Shown: in pieces, positions 32,138 through 41,381 of the stretch | Layout: every line of letters begins with the position of its first letter | Position numbering within the stretch: the first letter of the stretch is position 1 | NCBI GenBank assembly: GCA_965237415.1 | Contig: CBDEFM010000002.1 | Span: 3,328,001 to 3,392,000, forward strand | Reading direction: 5' to 3' | Length of the DNA stretch: 64,000 nt | Source: Alphaproteobacteria bacterium | GTDB taxonomy: Bacteria > Pseudomonadota > Alphaproteobacteria > UBA828 | Notes under the pieces: generated by a model | What the model was told of the DNA's origin: nothing | Databases searched by the model: none | The model's input: the letters and a program-made list of their open reading frames with translations, nothing else | Program-made: the position numbers and the translations under genes

Positions 32138-33319
32138 GTGCAAATCGCCGAGCGCATGGGGCGGCTCGGGACCGAGACCGCCTTCGACGTATTGGCCCGC
32201 GCGGGCGCCCTGCAGGCGGCCGGACGCAGCATCATCAATCTCGGGATCGGTCAGCCCGATTTCCGCACCCCCGACCATATCGTCGAGGCGGGCCGCAAGG
32301 CACTGGCGGACGGCCACCACGGCTACACGCCGGCAAACGGCATCCCGGCACTGCGCGAGGCGGTGGCGGCGGACATCGCCACGTATCGCCACTGCGAGGT
32401 AGATCCCGACAACGTCGTGGTGGTGCCGGGCGGCAAGGTCACCATGTTCTTCGCCGCGCTGATGTTCGGCGAGCCGGGGGCCGAGATCCTGTATCCCAAT
32501 CCGGGCTTCCCCATCTACGAATCGGCGATCAAGTTCTCCGGCGCGACGCCGGTGCCGATCCCGCTCTACGAGGAGACCGGCTTCTCCTTCGACGCCGACG
32601 AGGTGCTGGCCAAGATCACGCCGCGTACCCGGCTCGTCATGCTCAACAGCCCGGCCAACCCGACCGGCGGCGTCGTTCCGCGGGAGACCTTCGACCGCCT
32701 GGCCCAAGGGCTCGAGGCCCATCCGCACGTCGCGATCATGAGCGACGAGATCTACAGCCGCCTGCTCTACGAGGGCCGCGAGCATGTCACGATGCTCGAC
32801 TATCCGGCGCTCCGGGACCGCGTGATCGTGCTCGACGGCTGGAGCAAGACCTATGCGATGACCGGCTGGCGCATCGGCTACGGGGTCTGGCCCGCGTCGC
32901 TGGCGGAGCATGCCACCCGGCTCGCGATCAACTGCAACTCCTGCGTCAACGCGCCGACCCAGCACGCGGCGCTTGCGGCCCTCACCGGCCCGCAGGAGTC
33001 GGTCGAGATCATGCGCCGCACCTTCGACGAGCGACGCCGCCTCATCGTCGCCGCGCTCAACCGGATCGAGGGCATCAGCTGCGTCGATTCCGCCGGTGCC
33101 TTCTACGCCATGCCCAATATCACTGGCACCGGGCTCGACGCGCGGACGATGCAGGACGGGCTGCTGGAGGAGGCCGGCGTCGCCACCGTCGCCGGCACCA
33201 GCTTCGGCGCCTACGGAGAGGGCTACCTCCGCCTCTCCTACGCCGCGAGCACGGAAGAGATCGAGGAGTCCATCGCCCGCATCGAGGGCTGGCTCGCGGA
33301 GCACGCGGCCGCTGCGTGA
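32138..33319 (+). CDS. Class I/II PLP aminotransferase (aspartate/aromatic type)
   Basis: LGIGQPDF, NSPANPTG, SDEIY and SKTYAMTGWRIG; GTG start after GGGAGG. Confidence 0.92.
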   Translation: MQIAERMGRLGTETAFDVLARAGALQAAGRSIINLGIGQPDFRTPDHIVEAGRKALADGHHGYTPANGIPALREAVAADIATYRHCEVDPDNVVVVPGGKVTMFFAALMFGEPGAEILYPNPGFPIYESAIKFSGATPVPIPLYEETGFSFDADEVLAKITPRTRLVMLNSPANPTGGVVPRETFDRLAQGLEAHPHVAIMSDEIYSRLLYEGREHVTMLDYPALRDRVIVLDGWSKTYAMTGWRIGYGVWPASLAEHATRLAINCNSCVNAPTQHAALAALTGPQESVEIMRRTFDERRRLIVAALNRIEGISCVDSAGAFYAMPNITGTGLDARTMQDGLLEEAGVATVAGTSFGAYGEGYLRLSYAASTEEIEESIARIEGWLAEHAAAA

Positions 33320-33590
33320 GGGGGGCATTTCAATCAGAGACGACGAAGACGGGCCTACCCGTCATCGCTTAGGGCTGACTGGGCCATCGTCACGGGAAAA
33401 TGTAGATTGCAACGGCCGCCGCAGCCTTCGCGTCTCAGTAACCGGTGCCGCAGAAGATTGGGGTGATACCGCTCGGAACTTATTGATGACGCGAAGGATA
33501 TCCCTTAGGTATTGTAGGGGAACGACTCTAAAAGGCGTCTAATAGAAGCCTCCATGCATTTGGAACGCCGTTTTGGACACCGCGAACCAG

Positions 33591-33872
33591 TTAATCCGGT
33601 GGACCCACCAGTCCTTCGTAATCATCGCGCGACATAGAACAGTCTACCAACTCGCCGAACTCGCCTATTGTCAATTTGCACTGTTTCGCCATTGAACTGA
33701 CGAGGTCGTCGCCAAGATCCTTGTATTTTGTTCCTCGACTTACAAATGTGCTGATTTCCGTTTTCTGTCCGTCCGCATTATGATAAATCAAAAAGACGTG
33801 GCGACTACGCTCCTTACTTATAAAACCTTTTCTTTGCAAGTTAGACAAAACATCTCTGCGCTTCAACCGCAT
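33591..33872 (-). CDS. HicA-like toxin
   Basis: 93 aa, basic; LQRKGF...RHVFLIY...VSRG...MAKQCKL pattern of HicA-type dsRBD fold. Confidence 0.6.
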   Translation of the reverse strand: MRLKRRDVLSNLQRKGFISKERSRHVFLIYHNADGQKTEISTFVSRGTKYKDLGDDLVSSMAKQCKLTIGEFGELVDCSMSRDDYEGLVGPPD

Positions 33873-33874
33873 TG

Positions 33875-34333
33875 CTATACCACATAAAAATCGTTCAACA
33901 TGAGATTCTTTAGCTCCCGAGCATTAGCTGTCAAGTTAGCATCATCCTCTAGCGCATATTCATTCCAAAGTACGACAATAAAATCATGCAATAAATCAAC
34001 GAGCTCCTCACGGGTATAGGCTGTAATGGAAATTTCTAACTCTTTCACATCCAATTGATAAAGTTCGCCGGACTCGGAAGACATCGGATGCAGAATAAGA
34101 GGTTCTCTCCTACGCAAAGTACCTCGCTCGAACTGGACGTCTTGAACGACAATCTCAGAGAGATCGAATTCGTTGTTGGTGCTTGTCCAACGCAAACGCC
34201 CGACATAGGGAGCGTCACTACCAGCGGTAGCTGTATCATCCCATCTTTTTACAATTAGAGCGGAAATAAAGCTATCCGACTGAACCGCACCGGACGCAAT
34301 ATAGCTGCTGCGGTAAGTGTCAATATTGGTCAT
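33875..34333 (-). CDS. Hypothetical protein, possible HicB-like antitoxin
   Basis: Acidic C-terminal ISITAYTREEL...LWNEYALEDDANLT; stop 2 nt from HicA-like start. Confidence 0.45.
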   Translation of the reverse strand: MTNIDTYRSSYIASGAVQSDSFISALIVKRWDDTATAGSDAPYVGRLRWTSTNNEFDLSEIVVQDVQFERGTLRRREPLILHPMSSESGELYQLDVKELEISITAYTREELVDLLHDFIVVLWNEYALEDDANLTANARELKNLMLNDFYVV

Positions 34334-34337
34334 TCCA

Positions 34338-34604
34338 CTATCCCGCTCTCTTCACGCCATTTGGAGCGTGCAATACGTTCATTAAAACGCCATGCCGCAC
34401 ATTATATAGCGGATTGCCATCCTGATCATAGTCATCTTCACCAAGAAAACGAGAAACCTCTACCACGTCCACTTTGATTCTCAGCACTGTGCCGTCGGCG
34501 AGTGTGATTGTCGTTGGTCGTTCAGAAATCTCGACAATGTTGACAACGTCGACCTCGACCATTTCACCTGTTACTGGGTGCGGGAGTTGGCGCTTAGCCA
34601 TCAT
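34338..34604 (-). CDS. Small beta-rich hypothetical protein
   Basis: ATG after AGGTGG; LADGTVLRIKV...YDQDGNPLY; co-oriented with the two genes downstream. Confidence 0.55.
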   Translation of the reverse strand: MMAKRQLPHPVTGEMVEVDVVNIVEISERPTTITLADGTVLRIKVDVVEVSRFLGEDDYDQDGNPLYNVRHGVLMNVLHAPNGVKRAG

Positions 34605-35154
34605 CCACCTGCCTGTTGTATTGAGCGCGCACGAATCCGTCGCCAAGATCGTGGCCGCGGCCTCGGCGCGCCTGATCACTTCTGGCACTGCTGCTCACTC
34701 GGGGAAGCTTTCGGTCACGGCTACGACCGTTGGACAATGGACATCCGCACGCCTCCACTCAGGCTGCGTCGTGTCATTGTGCTTCTCCCCGAGAGCCAGT
34801 ATTGCAGTGCCTTGTCAACCACAAAAGTGCGGCTAGCGCAAATAATGTATGTCGCATGGTATCCGTACTCAAGGCTCGGCAGCCTAGCGCAGGAAGCTGA
34901 AGCATCGTATGGGCCGTGTAGCCGGCGAGCTCGTCGCTGACGTGCGCGGCGGCCCTCCCTCACCGAGACACACAAGCCCCCGCGTCGTGATCGCGTGTCT
35001 CTGACGCGCTCTTGGGCGTCAGAAGACGGTGTGATACTGCGCGATAGGTCGGCAGGTCACGGCTTGTCGCGAGTCCGCCAGAGACGGACTCGCTCTCGCG
35101 CGCCGATGATCGATCACATTTGGAACCGTTCGTGATAGGAACGGTGCAGTGTCG

Positions 35155-35230
35155 GCGCCCGTAGCTCAGTGGATAGAGCACGAGCCTTCTAAGCTTGGGG
35201 TCGCAGGTTCGAGTCCTGCCGGGCGCGCCA
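35155..35230 (+). tRNA. tRNA-Arg, anticodon TCT
   Basis: Acceptor stem GCGCCCG/CGGGCGC, D arm AGCTCAGTGGATAGAGC, loop CTTCTAA, GGTTCGAGTCC, encoded CCA; 76 nt. Confidence 0.96.
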
Positions 35231-35276
35231 CTCTTTTCAAGGGGTTACGGGAGTCCATGTCAGCAATGTTGCCCTT

Positions 35277-35307
35277 TGTTAGACAGTTGATTTGGGGGTG
35301 TTAGACA
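35277..35307. repeat. Direct repeat TGTTAGACA x2, candidate integrase arm-type sites
   Basis: Copies at 35277-35285 and 35299-35307, about 50 bp from tRNA end. Confidence 0.5.
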
Positions 35308-36298
35308 CTTTTGTTCGCGATTCGAGCTTCACGATGGCCGCTCGGGCGAGTCGTTCCTGCTCGGCGCCGCGCGTGTAGCGCGTGACCATCGCGGTCGTGC
35401 GGTGGCCCAGAATCGCCATGATTTCGCGGTCGGTCGCGCCCGCCTCGGCAAGCTGTGCGGCGGCTGTGTGGCGCAACCCGTGGAACTGGAGCCCGCCCAA
35501 GCCGAGGCGCCGCTTCTCGCGCTGGAAAATCGACGCGAACCCCGAGCCCGTGTAGGCGCGCCCATCCTGGCGGTGGACGATGTTCGTGCCCACGCGCGGG
35601 ATGCCTTTGAGGACGGTGGCAAGCTCCTTGTGGATCGGGATGAGAAGCCGCTGGCCGGTCTTCTGCTGCGCGACCGAGATCATCCCGCCCTCGATGTGGC
35701 GCCACTGCATCGCGAGCACGTCCGCGCGCCGCTGGCCGGTGAAGATCGCAAGCTCCATCGCCCACACCAAGCACGGGTTCGCGCCGGCGCGGAACCGCTC
35801 GATCGCGACCTCCGGCCACGGCTCGTAGCTCTTGCCGCCGCGCAGCTTCTTGACGTACCGGGCCGGGTTGTCCGGCCGCCAGCCGCGGGCGACGGCGAAG
35901 TTGAGCAGGACCGAGAGGATCGACAACAGGATGTCGGCGGAGCGTGGCGTGTCGGCCACGCCGTCACGGGCTTGGTAGAGCCAGGCGGCGTCGATGTCGG
36001 CGACCGTCGTATCGGCGACGGCGCGCTCGATCAGGTCGAGATAGCGGAGATAGGTCTCGCGGGTGGACGCCGCGAGGCGCGTGAACTCCGGGGCCGCCTT
36101 GTAGCAGCAGATCAGGTCGCCGAGGGAGCCGGGGATCACGTCGTCACGCCGGTCGTCGAGGGTGGCGTTGATCTCCAGCACCCGCGCGATGCGCTTGGCC
36201 TCGTCGTCGGGCAGGCGCCCCTTGGTCAGCCGGTGATACCAGAAGACCCGACCGCGGCGCCGGTAGGACTTGACGTGCTTCACTCTAACCACCTGCAT
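35279..36298 (-). CDS. Tyrosine recombinase / phage integrase
   Basis: TGQRRAD, QQKTG, FHGLRH and LGH...RY catalytic residues; likely own ATG at 36298 after GGGAGAGG. Confidence 0.9.
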   Translation of the reverse strand: MQVVRVKHVKSYRRRGRVFWYHRLTKGRLPDDEAKRIARVLEINATLDDRRDDVIPGSLGDLICCYKAAPEFTRLAASTRETYLRYLDLIERAVADTTVADIDAAWLYQARDGVADTPRSADILLSILSVLLNFAVARGWRPDNPARYVKKLRGGKSYEPWPEVAIERFRAGANPCLVWAMELAIFTGQRRADVLAMQWRHIEGGMISVAQQKTGQRLLIPIHKELATVLKGIPRVGTNIVHRQDGRAYTGSGFASIFQREKRRLGLGGLQFHGLRHTAAAQLAEAGATDREIMAILGHRTTAMVTRYTRGAEQERLARAAIVKLESRTKVSNTPKSTV

Positions 36299-36425
36299 GG
36301 CGCCTCTCCCGTCGGAACTTACCTGTCGGGGATTCTGATGGGACCCGCGATAGGTCGTCAACGGCGCGGTCGATGGCGAGCCGGTCGTAGAGCTTGCGCC
36401 GGCCGATGCGGAGTGCCGCCGGCCA
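36285..36425 (-). pseudogene. Excisionase / HTH C-terminal remnant
   Basis: WPAALRIGRRKLYDRLAIDRAVD overlapping integrase start; N-terminus missing. Confidence 0.5.
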
Positions 36426-36727
36426 TGCGCGAGCACGTAGACCCGCCTCCCTCGCGACAGGCTCACCTTGCGGAAGTACCGGGCCGCGACCCACTGCGTG
36501 CACCCGACCTGCCGGCCCTTGAGCACCATGAGCCCGACCATGCCCATCTCTTCGATCTGCGCTTCGGCCTGCGCCTGGAGGTACGTCTGCGCCTTGTTCA
36601 CCAGCATCGGCACAGTGTCGCCGGTCACCGCGTCCTTGATTTTCAGGACTTCGGCGCAATAGAACCCGAAGTGGGATGCGACCATCCTGTCGAGATCATC
36701 GCTGGAAACCGCTATGTCATTCCCCAC
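36426..36727 (-). pseudogene. Phage terminase large subunit N-terminal fragment
   Basis: NKAQ...LKGRQVGCT...VYVLAH (Q motif and Walker A-like); breaks off into xis remnant. Confidence 0.65.
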
Positions 36728-37229
36728 ACAGCCGAAGCGCGAGAGAGCCGACCACCGGACACGCCAGACCGCGCTGAAACACGAATCGTTCGCGTGGGCG
36801 GCTACATTATACCCGGACGACCCTGAAAAGGTGATGGAACTCGCCGGCTACAAGCCCTCGCTCGCGGGCCACAAGAAGGTTCTCGAGTCCCCGCATGTCA
36901 AGAAGCGGATGCAGGACCTCAAGGAACGGGTGCTCTGCGACGGCTGGCGCCAGGCGGCCGAGATCGTCGTCGAGGAGCCCACCAAGGAGGCCGTCATCAC
37001 GAAGCTGTGGGAATTCGCGACGGCGCCCAATCCGCCAGCTGCCTCCCAGGTGACGGCGCTAAACGCGCTTGCCAAGCACGACGGCATCAGCGTGGGAGTC
37101 GAGGAAGGTGGGGGCAGCGCCTCCGACGACGAGGACCGCCCTGCACCGCTTCACAAGCGCATTGACGCCGGCAGATTCCAGGTGGCGGGCACGAACAAGA
37201 TCCCCGTCAATTCCGCCCATGACAACTGA
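36714..37229 (+). CDS. Phage terminase small subunit-like protein
   Basis: AGYK...LESPHVKKRM...TKEAVITKLWEFA...QVTALNALAKHDG pattern. Confidence 0.5.
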   Translation: MSFPTQPKRERADHRTRQTALKHESFAWAATLYPDDPEKVMELAGYKPSLAGHKKVLESPHVKKRMQDLKERVLCDGWRQAAEIVVEEPTKEAVITKLWEFATAPNPPAASQVTALNALAKHDGISVGVEEGGGSASDDEDRPAPLHKRIDAGRFQVAGTNKIPVNSAHDN

Positions 37230-37319
37230 CCACGATCTGCCTGGTGAGGTTTACGGTCGTGGCCTGGGAATGTGCCGAACACCTCCGGATTTAGGGGCAA
37301 TATCGGGATTGTCTTCATA

Positions 37320-37353
37320 CCTGACAGCAGCCCGCCCCTGACAGCAGCCCGCC
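37320..37353. repeat. Perfect 17-bp tandem duplication CCTGACAGCAGCCCGCC
   Basis: Copies at 37320-37336 and 37337-37353. Confidence 0.85.
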
Positions 37354-37464
37354 AGGGAGCGCTGGGCCTCCACCGGGAATCTCCGGAACTCGACAACATG
37401 GCCTCTGGTGGCGACAAACGACGGAGCCGTGACCATCCTGCGAGCTGTCGACAAGTGGCTGCGG

Positions 37465-37680
37465 CTAGCCCGGTGGTCTTCCGCTTTTCTCCAGCGCCGC
37501 GTCGCGCACCGCCTGTCGGAGCAGCCGGAACGCCGCCAGGTCCTCGGCCGAGCGCCGGGCGATGAAGCCGGTCCGGTAGCAGTGGCGTCCGAAGCTCACC
37601 GGCAGGGGCCGGAGGTCGCGGTCGAATGCATGAAGGAACTTCAACGGCAGCCAGGCGAGATACGGACCGGACGCCATGCG
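37465..37680 (-). pseudogene. Possible LysR substrate-binding domain C-terminal fragment
   Basis: MASGPYLAWLPL...LRPLPV...GFIARR pattern; no HTH. Confidence 0.3.
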
Positions 37681-37779
37681 CCGAGGCGGAGCCGGGCAGA
37701 GAGTGCGCGATCTCCCGTGGACGGGCCGGCTCACGGCGCGTCGGGGGCCGGGAAGCCGGAGAGCGTCGGAAGCGCCCGC

Positions 37780-38012
37780 TCCGGAAAGCGGGCACGTCCG
37801 AGAAAACCGGGGCAGCAGGGAAAATCCCCGAGGGCCGGGACGGAACCGTCGCCGGGAGTTCCGCAACCGGCTCCCGCGTCGGGACACCGCTTCGGATCCC
37901 TTACGGAAACAAGGAGCTGGCGTTCCGCCTGGGCGCCAGGTACGGGGCGGACGGATGGTATGCCCCGCCCGGCGTCGATCTTGCGGGTTTTCGCGAGCGC
38001 GGATGGCTGTAG
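37780..38012 (+). pseudogene. DUF5710-like C-terminal fragment (mobile-element topoisomerase/primase tail)
   Basis: TPLRIPYGNKELAFRLGARYGADGWYAPPG. Confidence 0.6.
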
Positions 38013-38449
38013 GGGCTATCCGGACGCGCCGCGGATGGGGTGCTGGAGTCGTCGCATGCGGCGCCTGGCGCCGCCATGTTCATGGGTCCGGATGCGGTGT
38101 TGGTTTAGTGTTGATTCGTGGGAAAGAGCTTCCTGGAGGCGAAGGAATAACCAACTGAATAACAACATAAATATCGGCGTCTATATCCGATTGCTACTAA
38201 AACCGAAGTCATGGTCTTCTCCTTCAGGTCTGGTTGATGACGATGGAATGCGAACGGCGGGGACGACTCTCTCCGCCCCCTTCTCCGTTCACCCTTCCCG
38301 CGCTTCACTCCAACTCCGGTCTGACGCCTGACCCGGTATCGGAGAAAAGGGAACGATGTGGCTTGAGTTCGGCTGCACCATATGGAGTGCAAGGGGACGG
38401 CATGATCACTAGATCTGCCGGATCGACCTCACAGTCCCAACAAGGTGCA

Positions 38450-38593
38450 TCATGAAACACGAGACCGGTTGATGTACGACTCATCGGTCGCGATGCTCAG
38501 GTTGGCCACGCGGCCGCCCGAAGCGAGGTGATTGACGGTGACGTCGGCGCCGAGGCGGCCGATCAGCTCGACTCTGTTCAATCCGAAGGCCAT
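38450..38593 (-). pseudogene. ssb: Single-stranded DNA-binding protein, truncated
   Basis: Manual translation MAFGLNRVELIGRLGADVTVNHLASGGRVANLSIATDESYINRSRVS*. Confidence 0.8.
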
Positions 38594-38711
38594 GATTCAT
38601 TCTCCTTCATGGGTCTCGATGATGACGATGGGTTGCGAGCGGCGAAGGTCCGGGCGATCTCTCCCCCCGGCCCCCCGCCGTTCATCCTCCCAAAGCCCTC
38701 CTCCACCTCCG

Positions 38712-38960
38712 CTACGCCGGCCGGCGCGCCGGGGACGGGCCCAGGATCTCGATGAGCGCCGCCTCGTGCAGACCCCGTTCGAACGGCGTCCGGGCGTCGA
38801 GGGTCGCGACGGTGCGGCCGGGCAGCGCCGGGTCCCGGTCGGGACAGCGGATCGCCCGGTCGTCCTCGATCATCTGCTGAACGACGTGCGGGTCGATCCC
38901 GATTTCCGCGAGCAGCTCGCTGGTGGAAGGGATGTCGGATTCGGAATAGGGGTCGAACAT
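38712..38960 (-). CDS. Small hypothetical protein
   Basis: 82-aa acidic ORF between leader repeats. Confidence 0.4.
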   Translation of the reverse strand: MFDPYSESDIPSTSELLAEIGIDPHVVQQMIEDDRAIRCPDRDPALPGRTVATLDARTPFERGLHEAALIEILGPSPARRPA

Positions 38961-39477
38961 GCCGGACCGCCTTCAGGGACGCGATCGTGCGCTTCGCCTT
39001 GCGCCGGGCCTTCGCGGGCGCCGCCTCGCCGGGGTACCGGCGGATGTCGCCGTCGGCCATGGCCTGGAACCTCTCGACGACGTAGCGCTCGTCCGCCAGG
39101 CCGCGGCCGAACACGTGGGTCAGGATCGTGGATGCGCTGCCGGCTACCGCTATCGCTGCGTGCATGGCGCCGTCTCCTTCATGCCGATTGTCGGGAACGG
39201 CGGCGAGGCCCTCCCCCGGGCCATCCAACCGCCGTCCTGCTCACGGCCGGGCTCCCCTCTCGGCGGCGTACAGGCGCGAAGGTGCGGCGCGACGATCAAG
39301 ATGAGACTCGCACGACAATCAGGGTGAGACGGGAGGCGGCGGCCTGGAACGGAGGGAGGGCGTAGCCCGACCGGAGTTTCAGGCCGCCGCCTTGCGAAGA
39401 TTTCGCCCCGGGCCTCCTGGCGTCGGTGGCCGGTCGGGCAACACTTGGGCTTTCCCGAGTCGAAGGAGAGCGCAGGG

Positions 39478-39849
39478 GTGCCCGGTCGCCACATCACCGA
39501 TCGCCAGAGGAGGCTTTTCATGATCCTGAAGAAGACCCACACAATCGACGTCGCGGCCGCGAAGGCGGGCTTCAGCCGCGCCACGGGATATCGGCTCGCC
39601 GAGGATCCGTCCCTCCTTTCGGGGAAGGCGGCACCACGGGGCCGGCGCCGACCGGACCCTCTGGTCGATATCTTCGAGACCGAGGTGGTGCCGATCCTGG
39701 AGAACAGTCCGGGCATCCGCCCGGTCGGCGTGTTCGAGGCGCTGATGCAGCGGCACCCGAAACTGGACCCCGGCGTCCGGCGCACCCTGGAGCGGCGGAT
39801 CCGCGCCTGGCGCGCCGAGCACGGCCCCGAGCAGGAGGTGGCAAGGTAA
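39478..39849 (+). pseudogene. IS21 family transposase IstA N-terminal fragment
   Basis: AAAKAGFSRATGYR...RRRPDPL...RRTLERRIRAWRAEHGPEQEV. Confidence 0.85.
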
Positions 39850-41381
39850 CCCTTGCATGGTGCTGGTCTCACCAAAGACGAGACTTTATCGAGTGCGCCG
39901 CCGGCCAGGTGGGGTTGACGCACTGGTGCCAGCGCTGGATCGAGCGGATCGCGTCGATCTACCGTCTGAACGAGGCGAGGCTGGCTCATTACCACCCTGG
40001 GATCGAGCCCCGGACACCGGCGTTCCACGCGGCACAGGGCGCGCTGAAGGAGGCGCTCGCCGGCCTGTTCGCGGAGGCCGAACAGGAGTTGGCCGGCCTG
40101 CCCGACCGGGCGCGCGAGGGCAAGGCGCTGCGCTCGCTGGTGAACCATCGCGAGGGGCTGAGCGTCTTCGTCGACCGCCCGCAGGTGCCGCTGGATAACA
40201 ATCTCGCCGAAAGGATGCTCAGAGGGCCCGCGATCGGAAGACGGATGTCGTTCGGCTCCGACAGCGAGGACGGCGCCAGGTTCACGGCGATGATGTACTC
40301 GACGATCGGCACCCTCGCCTTGAACGGCATCGACGTCCTGCGCTGGCTGGAGGCGTGGCTGGAAACATGCGCGAAGAACGGTCGCCGGCCACCGGACGAC
40401 CTGTCGCCGTGGCTGCCATGGTCGATGAGCGAGGAGCGCAGGGGCAGCTTCACTGCGCCGGCATGACCGGCACGGTCGAGTGCCGCTATTACGGCCGCGA
40501 CTTCACGGCGCAAGAAATGGCGCTGCTGCGCGCGCTGATCGCCGGGCCGGCGCCGTTGAACCGCCATACGCTGTCGAAGGAGTTCTGCCGGCGCATCGAC
40601 TGGCTCAAGCCCGACGGCGGGCTCAAGGACATGATGGCCAGGGTCACCATGCTGGCCATGCACAGGGACGGCCTGATCGCCCTGCCGGCACCGCAGGGAC
40701 GGCAGAACCGGCCCGGGCCGATCGTCTTCGGGCCGGACACCGAAGCGCCGCTGTTCACGGCGCCGTCCACCCTCGATGACGTCCGCCCGCTCGACCTGCG
40801 GACCGTCGTGCGCGGCACCCGGGAGGGAAAGCTCTGGAACGAGTTCGTCGCCCGCTACCACTATCTCGGATACAAGACCCTGGTCGGCGCCCAGATGCGC
40901 TACGCCGTTCATGACCGAAACGGCTGGCCGCTCGCCATGCTCGGCTTCAGCACCGCCGCGTGGAAGCTCGCCCCACGCGACACCTTCATCGGATGGACAC
41001 GGCAACTGCGCGAGAAAAACCTCCCCCTCGTGGTCGACAACCCGAGGTTCCTGATCCTGCCCTGGATCAAGATCCCCAACCTCGGCTCGCACATCCTCGC
41101 CCTAGTCCGCCGGCGCCTGCCCGACGACTGGACCGAGCGCTACAGCACCGCGCCCGTGCTCGTCGAGACCTTCGTCGAGACCCCGCGCTACACCGGCGCC
41201 GTCTACAAGGCATCGGGCTGGATCCATGTCGGCGCCACCAAGGGGCGCGGCCGATACGATCGGGACAAGCTCTACGACAAGCCCAGAAAGGACATCTGGC
41301 TCCGGCCCCTGCGAAAAGACTGGAAACACACCCTCAATCGCTAAAATCCACCGCCCCATACCGGCCCAACCGAACCGTTAC
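39845..41381 (+). mobile_element. IS66-family remnant: tnpC 3' part, DUF4338 gene and probable right end
   Basis: tnpC to 40466 (CWSHQRRDF, PLDNNLAERMLR, GIDVLRWL); CGAACCGTTAC ending 41381 fits GTAA...TTAC ends. Confidence 0.75.
40463..41344 (+). CDS. DUF4338 / DruA-like domain protein
   Basis: YHYLGY, AWKLAPRDTFIGW, RFLILPW, PVLVETFV and YKASGW motifs; ATGA overlap with tnpC. Confidence 0.85.
   Translation: MTGTVECRYYGRDFTAQEMALLRALIAGPAPLNRHTLSKEFCRRIDWLKPDGGLKDMMARVTMLAMHRDGLIALPAPQGRQNRPGPIVFGPDTEAPLFTAPSTLDDVRPLDLRTVVRGTREGKLWNEFVARYHYLGYKTLVGAQMRYAVHDRNGWPLAMLGFSTAAWKLAPRDTFIGWTRQLREKNLPLVVDNPRFLILPWIKIPNLGSHILALVRRRLPDDWTERYSTAPVLVETFVETPRYTGAVYKASGWIHVGATKGRGRYDRDKLYDKPRKDIWLRPLRKDWKHTLNR

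Larger units (their letters stand above)
38218..39240 (-). repeat. Three degenerate hairpin-plus-RBS leader repeats
   Basis: TCTCCTTCA at 38218, 38601 and 39173, each followed on + by GA(A/G)CGGCG...C-rich tract...CCGT(T/C)C. Confidence 0.65.

Noticed and set aside
35279-37229. Intact prophage
   Set aside because: No capsid, portal, tail, lysis or replication genes; the terminase is fragmentary
39426-39845. Single 346-aa transposase ORF 39426-40466
   Set aside because: It is a chance in-frame join of IS21 sequence read off-frame with the IS66 tnpC tail
40463-41344. Druantia anti-phage system
   Set aside because: Only a DUF4338 domain gene is present; no DruE helicase or other Dru genes, and the context is an IS66
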